Assembly (NCBI GenBank): GCA_041303175.1
Contig: JBFYPU010000024.1
Coordinates: forward strand, 1 to 57,212
Direction of reading: 5' to 3'
Length of the DNA: 57,212 nucleotides
DNA from: Crocinitomicaceae bacterium
GTDB lineage: Bacteria > Bacteroidota > Bacteroidia > Flavobacteriales_D > Crocinitomicaceae
In this document: piece after piece, positions 37,701 to 45,779 of the stretch
How positions within the stretch are numbered: position 1 is the stretch's first letter
Layout of the letters: every line of letters starts with the position of its first letter
Position numbers and translations under genes: made by a program
Notes under the pieces: generated by a model
Seen by the model: only the letters and a program-made list of their open reading frames with translations
The model's database searches: none
Told to the model about the DNA's origin: nothing

Positions 37701-38594
37701 GCCGGTGTGATTGGGAGCGAGCGCTTGGCGTATGATATTTGGGGAGCAACTGTCAACCAAGCGCAACGAATGGAAATGCTGGGAGAACCGAATAAGATCA
37801 CCATTTCAGGATCCACATTCAATTACATTGAGCCCTATTTTGAATGTACCTTCAAAGGCAAAGCCCTATCGAAAAGTAGGGGTTTAATCGATATGTATGT
37901 GGTGGAGCGAATTAAACCGGAATTATCCGTTAAGGGGCTTGGAATGCAGCCTAACGAACGCTTCAATCAAATCGTGAACCTGCATTTATACAGCTCTATT
38001 AATTATTACAAAGCTGAGCGTCACATCATCCATTTATTGGAGCAAGGACTTTCACAAAACCTTCACTATCATAGTATTGCCCATACAAAAGACGTTGTTG
38101 CAGCTGTTGAGCGCATAGCATTATTGGAAGGTGTTACGGATGAAGGTTTATTCTTATTGAAATCTGCAGCAACCTATCACGATGCTGGTTTCATCGAACA
38201 GTACGACAAAAATGAACCCGTAGGCGCGCGACTGGCCGAAGAGATTTTGCCAAAATATGGTTACACGGATGCACACATTCAGCAGATCAAAGAATTAATT
38301 TTCGTCACGCAAATTCCGCACAAACCTAAAAACCAATTGGAAGAAATTATGTGTGATGCCGATTTGGATTACTTAGGCCGCGACGATTTCCATGAAATTG
38401 CCGATAGGCTTCGACGCGAATTGAAGGAGCACGGAAAAATTCAGAGTGACCGCCAATGGGATGAAATTCAAGTCACCTTCCTTAAAAATCACAAATACTT
38501 CACCCAGACCGCAATTGGCATGCGCAAGAAAAAGAAGAAAGAAAACATGCGGGAGGTGCAGGCGCGATTGGTGAGGAATGAGTATGTGGATTAG
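34701..38594 (+). CDS. Transmembrane signalling protein: periplasmic two-component-regulator-propeller repeats and a Y_Y_Y-like domain, a TM helix, a coiled coil, a class III adenylate cyclase and a C-terminal HD domain
   Basis: 1297 aa. Signal peptide; Reg_prop-like repeats ([33 protein letters not shown] and many more); [10 protein letters not shown]...[9 protein letters not shown]; TM at aa 784-803. Cyclase core at aa ~890-1072 ([37 protein letters not shown]). HD pattern at aa ~1100-1270 ([21 protein letters not shown]). Confidence 0.85.
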   Translation: [1297 protein letters not shown]

Positions 38595-38818
38595 ACCGTA
38601 CGTTTTTCAATCTCTTAACGTTCAATTTTCGGCATTGAGCCGAACGCGGAGTGGTTCGATGAACTCACCGTGCCCCTGCCGAAGTGCAATTAGTTGTCGT
38701 CTAATCACCACCGACTTTGACTGCGCTCAGCCATCGGTGATTCTTCCTTCTTTCAATTTCGGTCACTGATCACACGGCCAGTTAGCGCAGCCGAAGTGGA
38801 ATCCTTCAATCAAACCCA

Positions 38819-38854
38819 ACAAAAAACCCTGCGATCCAATGGATCAACAGGGTT
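38819..38854 (-). terminator. Rho-independent terminator of the universal stress protein gene
   Basis: AACCCTG (38825-38831) pairs with CAGGGTT (38848-38854), with an inner GATCCA/TGGATC pairing. On the minus strand it is followed by a T-run (plus-strand A-run 38821-38826). Confidence 0.7.
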
Positions 38855-38875
38855 CAGATCTCTTAAAGGGTGGTC

Positions 38876-39697
38876 TTATCCGTTAAAATCAACAGCAAGC
38901 GAATTCAATCCTTCAATCGGATTCACAATCAAGGCTGGAATTTGTGCGTCATTTGTGATAATGTATTCTTCATGATTCGCTGTGAGCACACCCAATACAT
39001 TGTTCTTGTTCAAGTTCATGATCGCAATTAAATCGGCATCGATGTTTACTGCGTGCTTCACAACTTCTTTATCAAAACCACTGCTTGGTACGATGGTCGT
39101 AGTCACTTCAATCCCACGTTCGCTGAAATATTTGTTCGCGAATTGAATGTTTCCTTTCACCTTATGACGCAAGAACTCATCCTTTTCTTCTGGCGTGATC
39201 ACGTGAACTTTTGAATTAAAGTAGGTTGCAATATTTGCGACAATTGCCAATTTTTGCTTTGTTTCTTTGTTTAAATCCAATGGCACAACGATGTCTTTAT
39301 AGCCCGTTTCTTTCGCTGTTTTGTCTTGTACAATCACAAAGGGAACCGAAGAGTGCGTGACCACTTTCAAGGCGTTCATTCCTGTGAGGTGCTGCCAACC
39401 GTGTGTTCCATGCGTTCCCATAAAAATGAGTTCTGCGTGATGCTCGGCCGCAAAGTCGCCAATATCTTCAAAAATATTTCCTACTCTAACCGCAGGAATG
39501 ATTTTCACATCCGACGAATAGCCAGAAATGATTGCGTTAAGTTTGGTTTCGACGTCGTCGATTTCTTTCTCCTTTCCAACAACGTGGAGAAGGTAGATTT
39601 GTGCATTCAACGGTTTTGCGGTCGCAATGGCATGCTCCAATGCGATGGTAGCAACATTGGTGAAGTCGTGAGGTACAATAAAGGTTTTCGTTTTCAT
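38876..39697 (-). CDS. Universal stress protein with tandem UspA domains
   Basis: 273 aa. There are two Usp repeats. The first ends in ELIFMGTHGTHGW, matching the G-2x-G-9x-G(S/T) region. Confidence 0.85.
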   Translation of the reverse strand: MKTKTFIVPHDFTNVATIALEHAIATAKPLNAQIYLLHVVGKEKEIDDVETKLNAIISGYSSDVKIIPAVRVGNIFEDIGDFAAEHHAELIFMGTHGTHGWQHLTGMNALKVVTHSSVPFVIVQDKTAKETGYKDIVVPLDLNKETKQKLAIVANIATYFNSKVHVITPEEKDEFLRHKVKGNIQFANKYFSERGIEVTTTIVPSSGFDKEVVKHAVNIDADLIAIMNLNKNNVLGVLTANHEEYIITNDAQIPALIVNPIEGLNSLAVDFNG

Positions 39698-39815
39698 AAA
39701 ATGAGTTCCAGTTTACAGGTTTTGTTTGCTTGCAGCAATTATGGTACAAATATAATGATACGCAAAAATTTTCAGAAATGAAAGCATTTTTAATTTAAAC
39801 TTCCACGTTGTTTGA

Positions 39816-40739
39816 TTAGCTGCGCCGCGGCCTTTGGTCGTTTTCTTTAACGGTTTGGGCTTTTCTGATAAAGCGTTTCAAAATACCATTCATTAAAACG
39901 ACAACCACAATGATCGAAGCACCAATGTAAAATTGAGTGCCAACAATTTTATTTTCACCTAACAAAGCAATGGCTAGAATAATGGTATAGACAGGCTCCA
40001 TATTGATGCTCAGAGAGACAGTGAAAGCACCCAGCCTTTTGGTTAATTCGACAGTGACCAAAAAGGCAAATGACGTGCACAACAAGCCTAAAAAGAGAAG
40101 CCAAAGGACATCAGATGTTGAAAGCACGAACAATTCTGCATTGAAATCACCTGTCGCGATTAGTAGAATGGTTAGAAAAACGGCAGCCACCAACATTTCG
40201 TAGAACGTGATTTTCGATGGAGCCATCGTTTGGGCAAGCTTACCATTGAGAACAGAAAAGAGTGCGGCCATCAGAGCAGAAATCAAACCATAGACCAAGG
40301 CCTCATAATCTTGTCCATTAAAATCTGACGAAACAAAGTAAATGCCATAAATAACAACCAATCCTAAGCCAAATTCAAGCCAAGAGAATTTGCGTCCGGT
40401 AATGAGCGGCTCGAGCCAACTGACGTGAACGGTCGTCGTGGACAGACACAAAATCCCCAAGGAGGCTGTTGATAGATCGATAGAGATATAAAATGTTACC
40501 CAATGCAGTGCAACAATTACCCCAACAATTGCGAGTAACAAAAATTCTTTGAGCGAATGCAAGCGCAAGGAGCGTTTCAACAGGGGCAATATGATTCCAA
40601 GCGAAACAACCGCAATCAAGACACGGTACCAAACAATGGGCAGCGGATCCAAGTTGATGATCTTCCCCAAAATACCTGTAAAACCCCACATCAAAATGAT
40701 GAGGTGAAGTAAAATATGGTATTTGAAGGTTGAAAACAT
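39816..40739 (-). CDS. EamA/DMT-family transporter
   Basis: I moved the start to MFSTFKYHILLHL (ATG 40739). It has about ten TM helices arranged as two EamA-like halves. Confidence 0.8.
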   Translation of the reverse strand: MFSTFKYHILLHLIILMWGFTGILGKIINLDPLPIVWYRVLIAVVSLGIILPLLKRSLRLHSLKEFLLLAIVGVIVALHWVTFYISIDLSTASLGILCLSTTTVHVSWLEPLITGRKFSWLEFGLGLVVIYGIYFVSSDFNGQDYEALVYGLISALMAALFSVLNGKLAQTMAPSKITFYEMLVAAVFLTILLIATGDFNAELFVLSTSDVLWLLFLGLLCTSFAFLVTVELTKRLGAFTVSLSINMEPVYTIILAIALLGENKIVGTQFYIGASIIVVVVLMNGILKRFIRKAQTVKENDQRPRRS

Positions 40740-40857
40740 GGTGCGAAAGTACGAAAAGAGTGGGTAGTATCCCATTCCATGATATAAGTGAAAAGTTGTA
40801 CTTTCGTCGTCCTCGCATACACAGATTGAACGTTTTCCAACAAGAGCTATAACCCGA

Positions 40858-41433
40858 ATGATTCAACGCTTTTCCAATTTCACACAAAAACCAAGCACCA
40901 AAAAAGTGATTCTCGGGATTTGGATTGCGTTGGTCGCAGCGGCGATTGTGCTTTACTTCGTGTTTCCTCGACAGTTTTCCGCAAAAGGAATTAAAGAATT
41001 CCTTGCAGAATTCAATTCTGTTTCACTGCTTGTCTATTCACTGATTTGTTTGACCCGAGGATTGTTCTTAATACCGAGTACACCCTTTGTCTTGGCCGGG
41101 GCCATGTTGTTTCCGGATTCCTTGGTGACTGTTTTTATCATTTCAATTGTTGGCATTTTGGGATCTGGAACCTTCATTTATTTCGCTGCACAATTTTTAG
41201 ATTTTGGAGAGAAGAAGGCAAAGAAAATCAGCATGATCAACGAAAAAATTCAGAAACATGGTTTTTGGATTGTGCTTGGATGGGCATTTTTCCCTATCGT
41301 TCCAACCGATTTAATTTGCTACGTTGCGGGCAAAACGCGCATTCATTTTTGGAAGTACCTCACTGCGCTCTTCATTGGAGAAGCCCTGCTAATTGCGTTT
41401 TATTTGCGGTACGCACACTATTTTTTAACCTAA
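40858..41433 (+). CDS. VTT-domain (TVP38/TMEM64, DedA-related) membrane protein
   Basis: 191 aa. Polytopic, with the VTT-like motif RGLFLIPSTPFVLAGAMLF and FPIVPTDLICYVAG. Confidence 0.7.
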   Translation: MIQRFSNFTQKPSTKKVILGIWIALVAAAIVLYFVFPRQFSAKGIKEFLAEFNSVSLLVYSLICLTRGLFLIPSTPFVLAGAMLFPDSLVTVFIISIVGILGSGTFIYFAAQFLDFGEKKAKKISMINEKIQKHGFWIVLGWAFFPIVPTDLICYVAGKTRIHFWKYLTALFIGEALLIAFYLRYAHYFLT

Positions 41434-41644
41434 GCAATCAAAAAGTAAACGAAGGGTTGGGCGCCAATCAGCAACACAGGCTTTCTACGCCTCCGAGTTC
41501 GCTTGCCTCTTTCGGAGCGAGATGCACCCCTTGGAGCTTCCTTGAGTCGCTCAAGCGGCTTGCTCGCTCACGAAACATGCTGCTCAATGCTCTCTGGCTT
41601 CGCAAGGGCGCAGCTTAGATCGGTAGAAAACATGCATTTAGATC

Positions 41645-41677
41645 AAAAAAAACTCCCTCAAAATATTTTAAGGGAGT
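41645..41677 (-). terminator. Rho-independent terminator of the coiled-coil protein gene
   Basis: ACTCCCT (41652-41658) pairs with AGGGAGT (41671-41677). On the minus strand it is followed by a T-run (plus-strand A-run 41645-41652). Confidence 0.7.
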
Positions 41678-41700
41678 CAATTTCAACGATGAGCGGAATG

Positions 41701-42987
41701 TTATTTCATCAACTTTTTACGCTTGTCATCCAGCTTCTTTTGCTTTTCATCCAATTTCGATTGCTCGACATTGAGTTTTTGCTGTTCCGTTTTTAACTTG
41801 TCCAAGTCTTTGCCTTTTTCAACTTTCTTGTCCAATTTATCTTGCTTGTCATCTAGCTTCTTGCGACTTGAATCAATTCCTTTTTGCTCAGCGTCAAGTT
41901 GCTCCATTTTTTTCTGAGTTGCAGCCGCTGCTTTTTGTTCTTTTTCAAGCTCTTTTTGCTCTTTTTCGGCTTCTTTCGCTACTTTTTCGGCTTCTTTTGC
42001 AGTCTTTTCAGCTTCTTTTGCTGCCTCTTCAGCTTCTTTTTTCGCCTCTTCTTCCGCCTTTTCTGCTTTCTCCTCTGCTTTCGCGCCTTCTTTCGCCGCT
42101 TGCGCTTCTGCCTCTGCCTTTTCTTTTTCCTCTTTCAAGGCTTTTTCTTTATCCTTAGCGGCTTGCTCGGCTGCTTTTGCGTTCTTTTCTTGCTCTTTTT
42201 GAGCGCGTTCTGCTTCAGATTGTGCCGAAGAAGCATCCACTTCTTCCAATTTTTTCGCTTGTTCAGCTTCAATGGCTTTCAATCGAGCGGTTTCTTCTTC
42301 TTGTCGCTTTTTTGCTGCTGCTTCACGTTCAGCCTGACTTTGTCCCACACCAGCCGCTTGCTGAGCACGTTCCTTTTCCAGTGCTTGTCGCTGCGCTTCC
42401 ATCTCTTTTTCTTTCGCTTCAGTCGCTAATCGAGTAGCTTCGGCCTCTTTTAAACGCTCCTCAGTTGTTGCGTTCAATTCACTTGTTTCACCTTGAAGTT
42501 GTTCTTGACGTTTTTTGGCAGCCAAAATTCGCGCTTCAAACGCTTCTTTTGATTCGCCTTCTGCTTGAATTAACTCGTTCCATTTTTCTTCGTTCTCGGC
42601 AGATTCGGTTTCAATTTCTGCAACCGTTTCGGACTTGCTTCGCAAATCAAACGCAATGTTTTTAGCATCCGAAAGCGTAATTCCTTCCTGTTTGCTCGAC
42701 TTATAAAGACTGTGAAACACTTCTACAATCACCAATTCACCGTTGTATTGTGGCAATTTAATGGAGGCAACACCCATTTCATTGGTCGTTCCGGCGCCAA
42801 CAACAGTTTTGTCTTTGAGAATTTTTACCAAAGCTCCGGAAACAGCTATTCCCTTGTGGGTCACTGTAACGGTCACTGCGACGCCTTCTTTCGTCACATT
42901 TTCAATTGTACTTAATGTCTCTACGGGTGTTGCCATACTTCCAAATGAAGCCATGAACAACGAAACAAGTATGTAAACTTTTTTCAT
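41701..42987 (-). CDS. Secreted protein with an N-terminal carboxypeptidase-regulatory-like (Ig-like) domain and a long E/K/A-rich coiled-coil region
   Basis: 428 aa. Signal peptide MKKVYILVSLFMASFGSMA, a beta domain (VTVTVTHKGIAVSGALVKILKD), then about 300 aa of EAEK/AKEAEK-type low-complexity helix. Confidence 0.65.
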   Translation of the reverse strand: MKKVYILVSLFMASFGSMATPVETLSTIENVTKEGVAVTVTVTHKGIAVSGALVKILKDKTVVGAGTTNEMGVASIKLPQYNGELVIVEVFHSLYKSSKQEGITLSDAKNIAFDLRSKSETVAEIETESAENEEKWNELIQAEGESKEAFEARILAAKKRQEQLQGETSELNATTEERLKEAEATRLATEAKEKEMEAQRQALEKERAQQAAGVGQSQAEREAAAKKRQEEETARLKAIEAEQAKKLEEVDASSAQSEAERAQKEQEKNAKAAEQAAKDKEKALKEEKEKAEAEAQAAKEGAKAEEKAEKAEEEAKKEAEEAAKEAEKTAKEAEKVAKEAEKEQKELEKEQKAAAATQKKMEQLDAEQKGIDSSRKKLDDKQDKLDKKVEKGKDLDKLKTEQQKLNVEQSKLDEKQKKLDDKRKKLMK

Positions 42988-43084
42988 TTTTCGTTTTTTA
43001 TCGGTTCCTAAATATACAGAAAACCGACTTGTATGTCCGCATACGAATCAAAAATAATTCCAATTTTTCCACTACTTTTAGCCC

Positions 43085-44203
43085 ATGCGCTTTTCAGAGG
43101 TAGTTGGACATGGTGATTTAAAGTTGGATTTGATCAATGAAGTGAATCAAAACAAAATCAGTCATGCCCAATTGTTTACAGGAAAAGCGGGATATGGAAC
43201 ATTTCCTTTGGCCTTGGCGTTTGTAACCTACCTTTTTTGTGACAACAAAAAATCTGAAGACAGTTGTGGCGAGTGTCCAAGCTGTCGAAAGGTGGACAAA
43301 TTGCAACATCCAGACCTGCATTTTTCGTTTCCAACGGTCCAAGGAGTAAGTAAAACGGCCGACGGATTGATTTCAGAGTGGCGAAAAATGGTAGCAGAAA
43401 GCCCCTATTTCGATTTGAATAGTTGGATCAAATTCACGGATCCGAAAGAACGAAAACCGATCATTGGAAAGGAAGAGAGCCAAGAAATCATCAAAAAATT
43501 GAATTTGCGTTCCTTCGAAGGTGGCTACAAAGTGATGATGATTTGGATGCCTGAGGAAATGAATCAAACCAGTGCAAATAAATTGCTAAAGGTGTTGGAG
43601 GAACCGCCGGGAAACACACTCTTTATTCTCATGGCAGAATCGGAGGAAATGATGCTTCAAACCATTATTTCTCGCACTCAAAAAGTACGCATTCCTCGGA
43701 TCAAAATGGACGATTTGAGCACCTACTTGCGCGAAGAAAAAAATCAATCTGGAGGAAATGCGGACAGTATTTCGGCGCGTGTAGATGGAGATTTATTGGA
43801 AGCAATGGAGTTTTTGGGTGATCATGCGGAACAAGACAAAAACCGCGAAAGTTTTATTCAACTCATGCGCGTTTGCTACAAAAAGAACGTCCTAGAAATG
43901 ATGGATTGGGCAGAAGAAATTGGTCACAACAGTCGCGAATTCCAAAAGGTGTTTTTGAAATATGCACTCCACATGTTTCGCCAAAGTTTACTCAAAAATT
44001 ATACGGACGAAACCCTCATTCGTGTGTCCAAAGAAGAACGCGATTTTTTGGAAAAATTTGCTCGGTTCATTACAGGAAACAACATCCAAAGTTTCCTAGA
44101 AACGTTTAGCGATGCACATTATCACATTGAACGAAACGCAAATCCAAAGATACTCTTCACCCAACTTTGTTTTGAAGTGATGCGCTACATTCACAAAGCG
44201 TAG
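43085..44203 (+). CDS. holB: DNA polymerase III subunit delta-prime
   Basis: 372 aa. ISHAQLFTGKAGYG P-loop-like region, Zn module CGECPSCRKV, and NKLLKVLEEPP. Confidence 0.85.
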   Translation: MRFSEVVGHGDLKLDLINEVNQNKISHAQLFTGKAGYGTFPLALAFVTYLFCDNKKSEDSCGECPSCRKVDKLQHPDLHFSFPTVQGVSKTADGLISEWRKMVAESPYFDLNSWIKFTDPKERKPIIGKEESQEIIKKLNLRSFEGGYKVMMIWMPEEMNQTSANKLLKVLEEPPGNTLFILMAESEEMMLQTIISRTQKVRIPRIKMDDLSTYLREEKNQSGGNADSISARVDGDLLEAMEFLGDHAEQDKNRESFIQLMRVCYKKNVLEMMDWAEEIGHNSREFQKVFLKYALHMFRQSLLKNYTDETLIRVSKEERDFLEKFARFITGNNIQSFLETFSDAHYHIERNANPKILFTQLCFEVMRYIHKA

Positions 44204-44309
44204 TTCCGCTATTTTTGATGTGAATTAACAATTTACCTTTCACATCTCACCAAAATGTGCCACAAAGAGTAGAATAATTATCATTACTTTTATACCAAAG
44301 TAAAGAACT

Positions 44310-45779
44310 ATGGGTTGTACCAGTTGCAGCAGTGGAGGAGGAACTCCGGGCGGATGTAAGAATAATGGTACTTGTAGTTCTGGCGGTTGTAGTAAATTGG
44401 AAGTGTATGATTGGTTGGCGAATATGGAGCCACCGAGTGGTCAAACACCGTATGATATAATAGAAGTTCGGTTCAAAAATAGCCGAAAAGGATTTTACCG
44501 AAACACCAAAAATACGTCTTACCAAGTTGGAGATGTAATCATGGTGGAAGGTGGTCCAGGAAAAGACATCGGGGTTGTATCCGTTGTCGGTGAACTCGCC
44601 AGAATTCAAGTACGAAAAAAAGCGCCAGGCTTCAAGCCGATGGAGGCGAAGAAAGTGATTGCCATCGCTGATCAAGCCGATATTGATCGGTGGATGGAGG
44701 CGCGCGAATTGGAAAAAGAAGCACTGTATCGAGCACGAACGCTTGCCGTGAACTTAAAATTGGACATGAAAATTTCTGATGTTGAGTATCAAGGTGACCT
44801 TTCTAAAGCTGTTTTCTTTTATACCGCTGAAGGACGTGTCGATTTTCGTCAGCTCATCAAAGACATGGCGGACACCTTCAAGGTTCGGATCGAAATGCGC
44901 CAAATTGGAGCACGACAAGAAGCTTCTCGCTTGGGCGGAATTGGCTCGTGTGGTCGCGAATTGTGCTGCTCAACATGGCTCACCGATTTTCGTTCGGTGT
45001 CAACTTCAGCCGCAAGGTACCAGCAATTGTCGCTAAATCCGCAAAAATTAGCCGGACAATGCGGAAAATTGAAATGTTGTCTGAATTATGAACTTGATAT
45101 GTACCTGGATGCAATCAAGGCGTTCCCGAAGGGTGAAACAAAATTGAGAACAGAAAAAGGTTCAGCGATTCATATCAAAACGGATGTGTTCAAACAGCAA
45201 ATGTGGTACGTCTATGAGGGCGACGCAGGTGGTGGTGGACTCGTGGCATTGCACCCAGATCGCGTGAGAGAAGTCTTGCGCATGAACAAAGAAGGGAAAA
45301 AGCCGGCAGATTTGAATGAATTTGTGGTTCCTGTAAAAGTTGCTGCAGCACCAGATTATGAGAATGTGGTTGGTCAAGACAGTTTGAGTCGTTTTGAACA
45401 CACATTCAAAAAGAAAAAGAAGGGAGGAGGAAACCAACCGAATGCGAGTGGCGGAAGAAGTGGCGCAAATGGCAACCGAAACAAGCGAAAAGGAGGTGCA
45501 AATCCGAATCCAAATGCTGACGCAATAGGTCAAGGTACCATCATGAAAGCGGAAGGCGGAGCAACTCCAGGACAGAAGAAACCGCAGCGGTCGCGTCCTC
45601 CACGAAAACAGGGGACACCGAATCCAAATGCGGCACAGGGAAATACTGCTTCGAAAGCGGATGGGTCAGCACCGTTGAATCCAGCGGGCGAGGGAGCAAA
45701 ACCAAGTAATCCAAACCGACGACGAAACAACCGAAGAAAAAAACCGAATAACAACGGCGGAGATGCGGAAAAAAACTAG
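44310..45779 (+). CDS. PSP1 domain protein (YaaT/RicT-like) with a Cys-rich N-terminus and a long basic low-complexity C-terminal tail
   Basis: 489 aa. N-terminus MGCTSCSSGGG..GGCKNNGTCSSGGCSKL. PSP1 core (FFYTAEGRVDFRQLIKDMADTFKVRIEMRQIGARQ, CGRELCCSTWL, CGKLKCCLNYE). A G/N/P/K/R-rich tail of about 130 aa. Confidence 0.85.
   Translation: MGCTSCSSGGGTPGGCKNNGTCSSGGCSKLEVYDWLANMEPPSGQTPYDIIEVRFKNSRKGFYRNTKNTSYQVGDVIMVEGGPGKDIGVVSVVGELARIQVRKKAPGFKPMEAKKVIAIADQADIDRWMEARELEKEALYRARTLAVNLKLDMKISDVEYQGDLSKAVFFYTAEGRVDFRQLIKDMADTFKVRIEMRQIGARQEASRLGGIGSCGRELCCSTWLTDFRSVSTSAARYQQLSLNPQKLAGQCGKLKCCLNYELDMYLDAIKAFPKGETKLRTEKGSAIHIKTDVFKQQMWYVYEGDAGGGGLVALHPDRVREVLRMNKEGKKPADLNEFVVPVKVAAAPDYENVVGQDSLSRFEHTFKKKKKGGGNQPNASGGRSGANGNRNKRKGGANPNPNADAIGQGTIMKAEGGATPGQKKPQRSRPPRKQGTPNPNAAQGNTASKADGSAPLNPAGEGAKPSNPNRRRNNRRKKPNNNGGDAEKN

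Noticed and set aside
36837-37766. 309-aa ORF on the minus strand inside the cyclase gene
   Set aside because: It lies fully antisense to a region with clear TM, coiled-coil and cyclase motifs on the plus strand. Its composition is Cys/Phe/His-rich and it has no recognisable motif. It is a typical shadow ORF.
38578-38769. 63-aa ORF across the G+C-rich spacer, and the similar ORF at 41503..41796
   Set aside because: The Cys/Ser/Arg-rich translations are typical of reading through repeat-like or structured non-coding DNA. I report both regions as non-coding curiosities instead.
40375-41618. Alternative-frame ORFs 40375..40887 (-) and 41046..41618 (+) overlapping the EamA and VTT genes
   Set aside because: The annotated frames give coherent multi-helix membrane proteins. 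These alternative frames are Cys/Arg/Trp-rich and cross gene boundaries.
41723-42976. Several plus-strand ORFs of 64-181 aa across the E/K/A-rich gene
   Set aside because: Same artefact: low-complexity L/F/S-rich translations antisense to a coiled-coil gene that has its own signal peptide and terminator.
44217-44246. 8-bp inverted repeat GATGTGAA...TTCACATC between holB and the PSP1 gene as a terminator
   Set aside because: It has a 14-nt loop and no T-run on either strand. It could be a weak regulatory hairpin, but I cannot support a call.
44247-44675. 142-aa minus-strand ORF overlapping the start of the PSP1 gene
   Set aside because: It is antisense to the conserved Cys-rich N-terminus and PSP1 core, and it has no motifs of its own.
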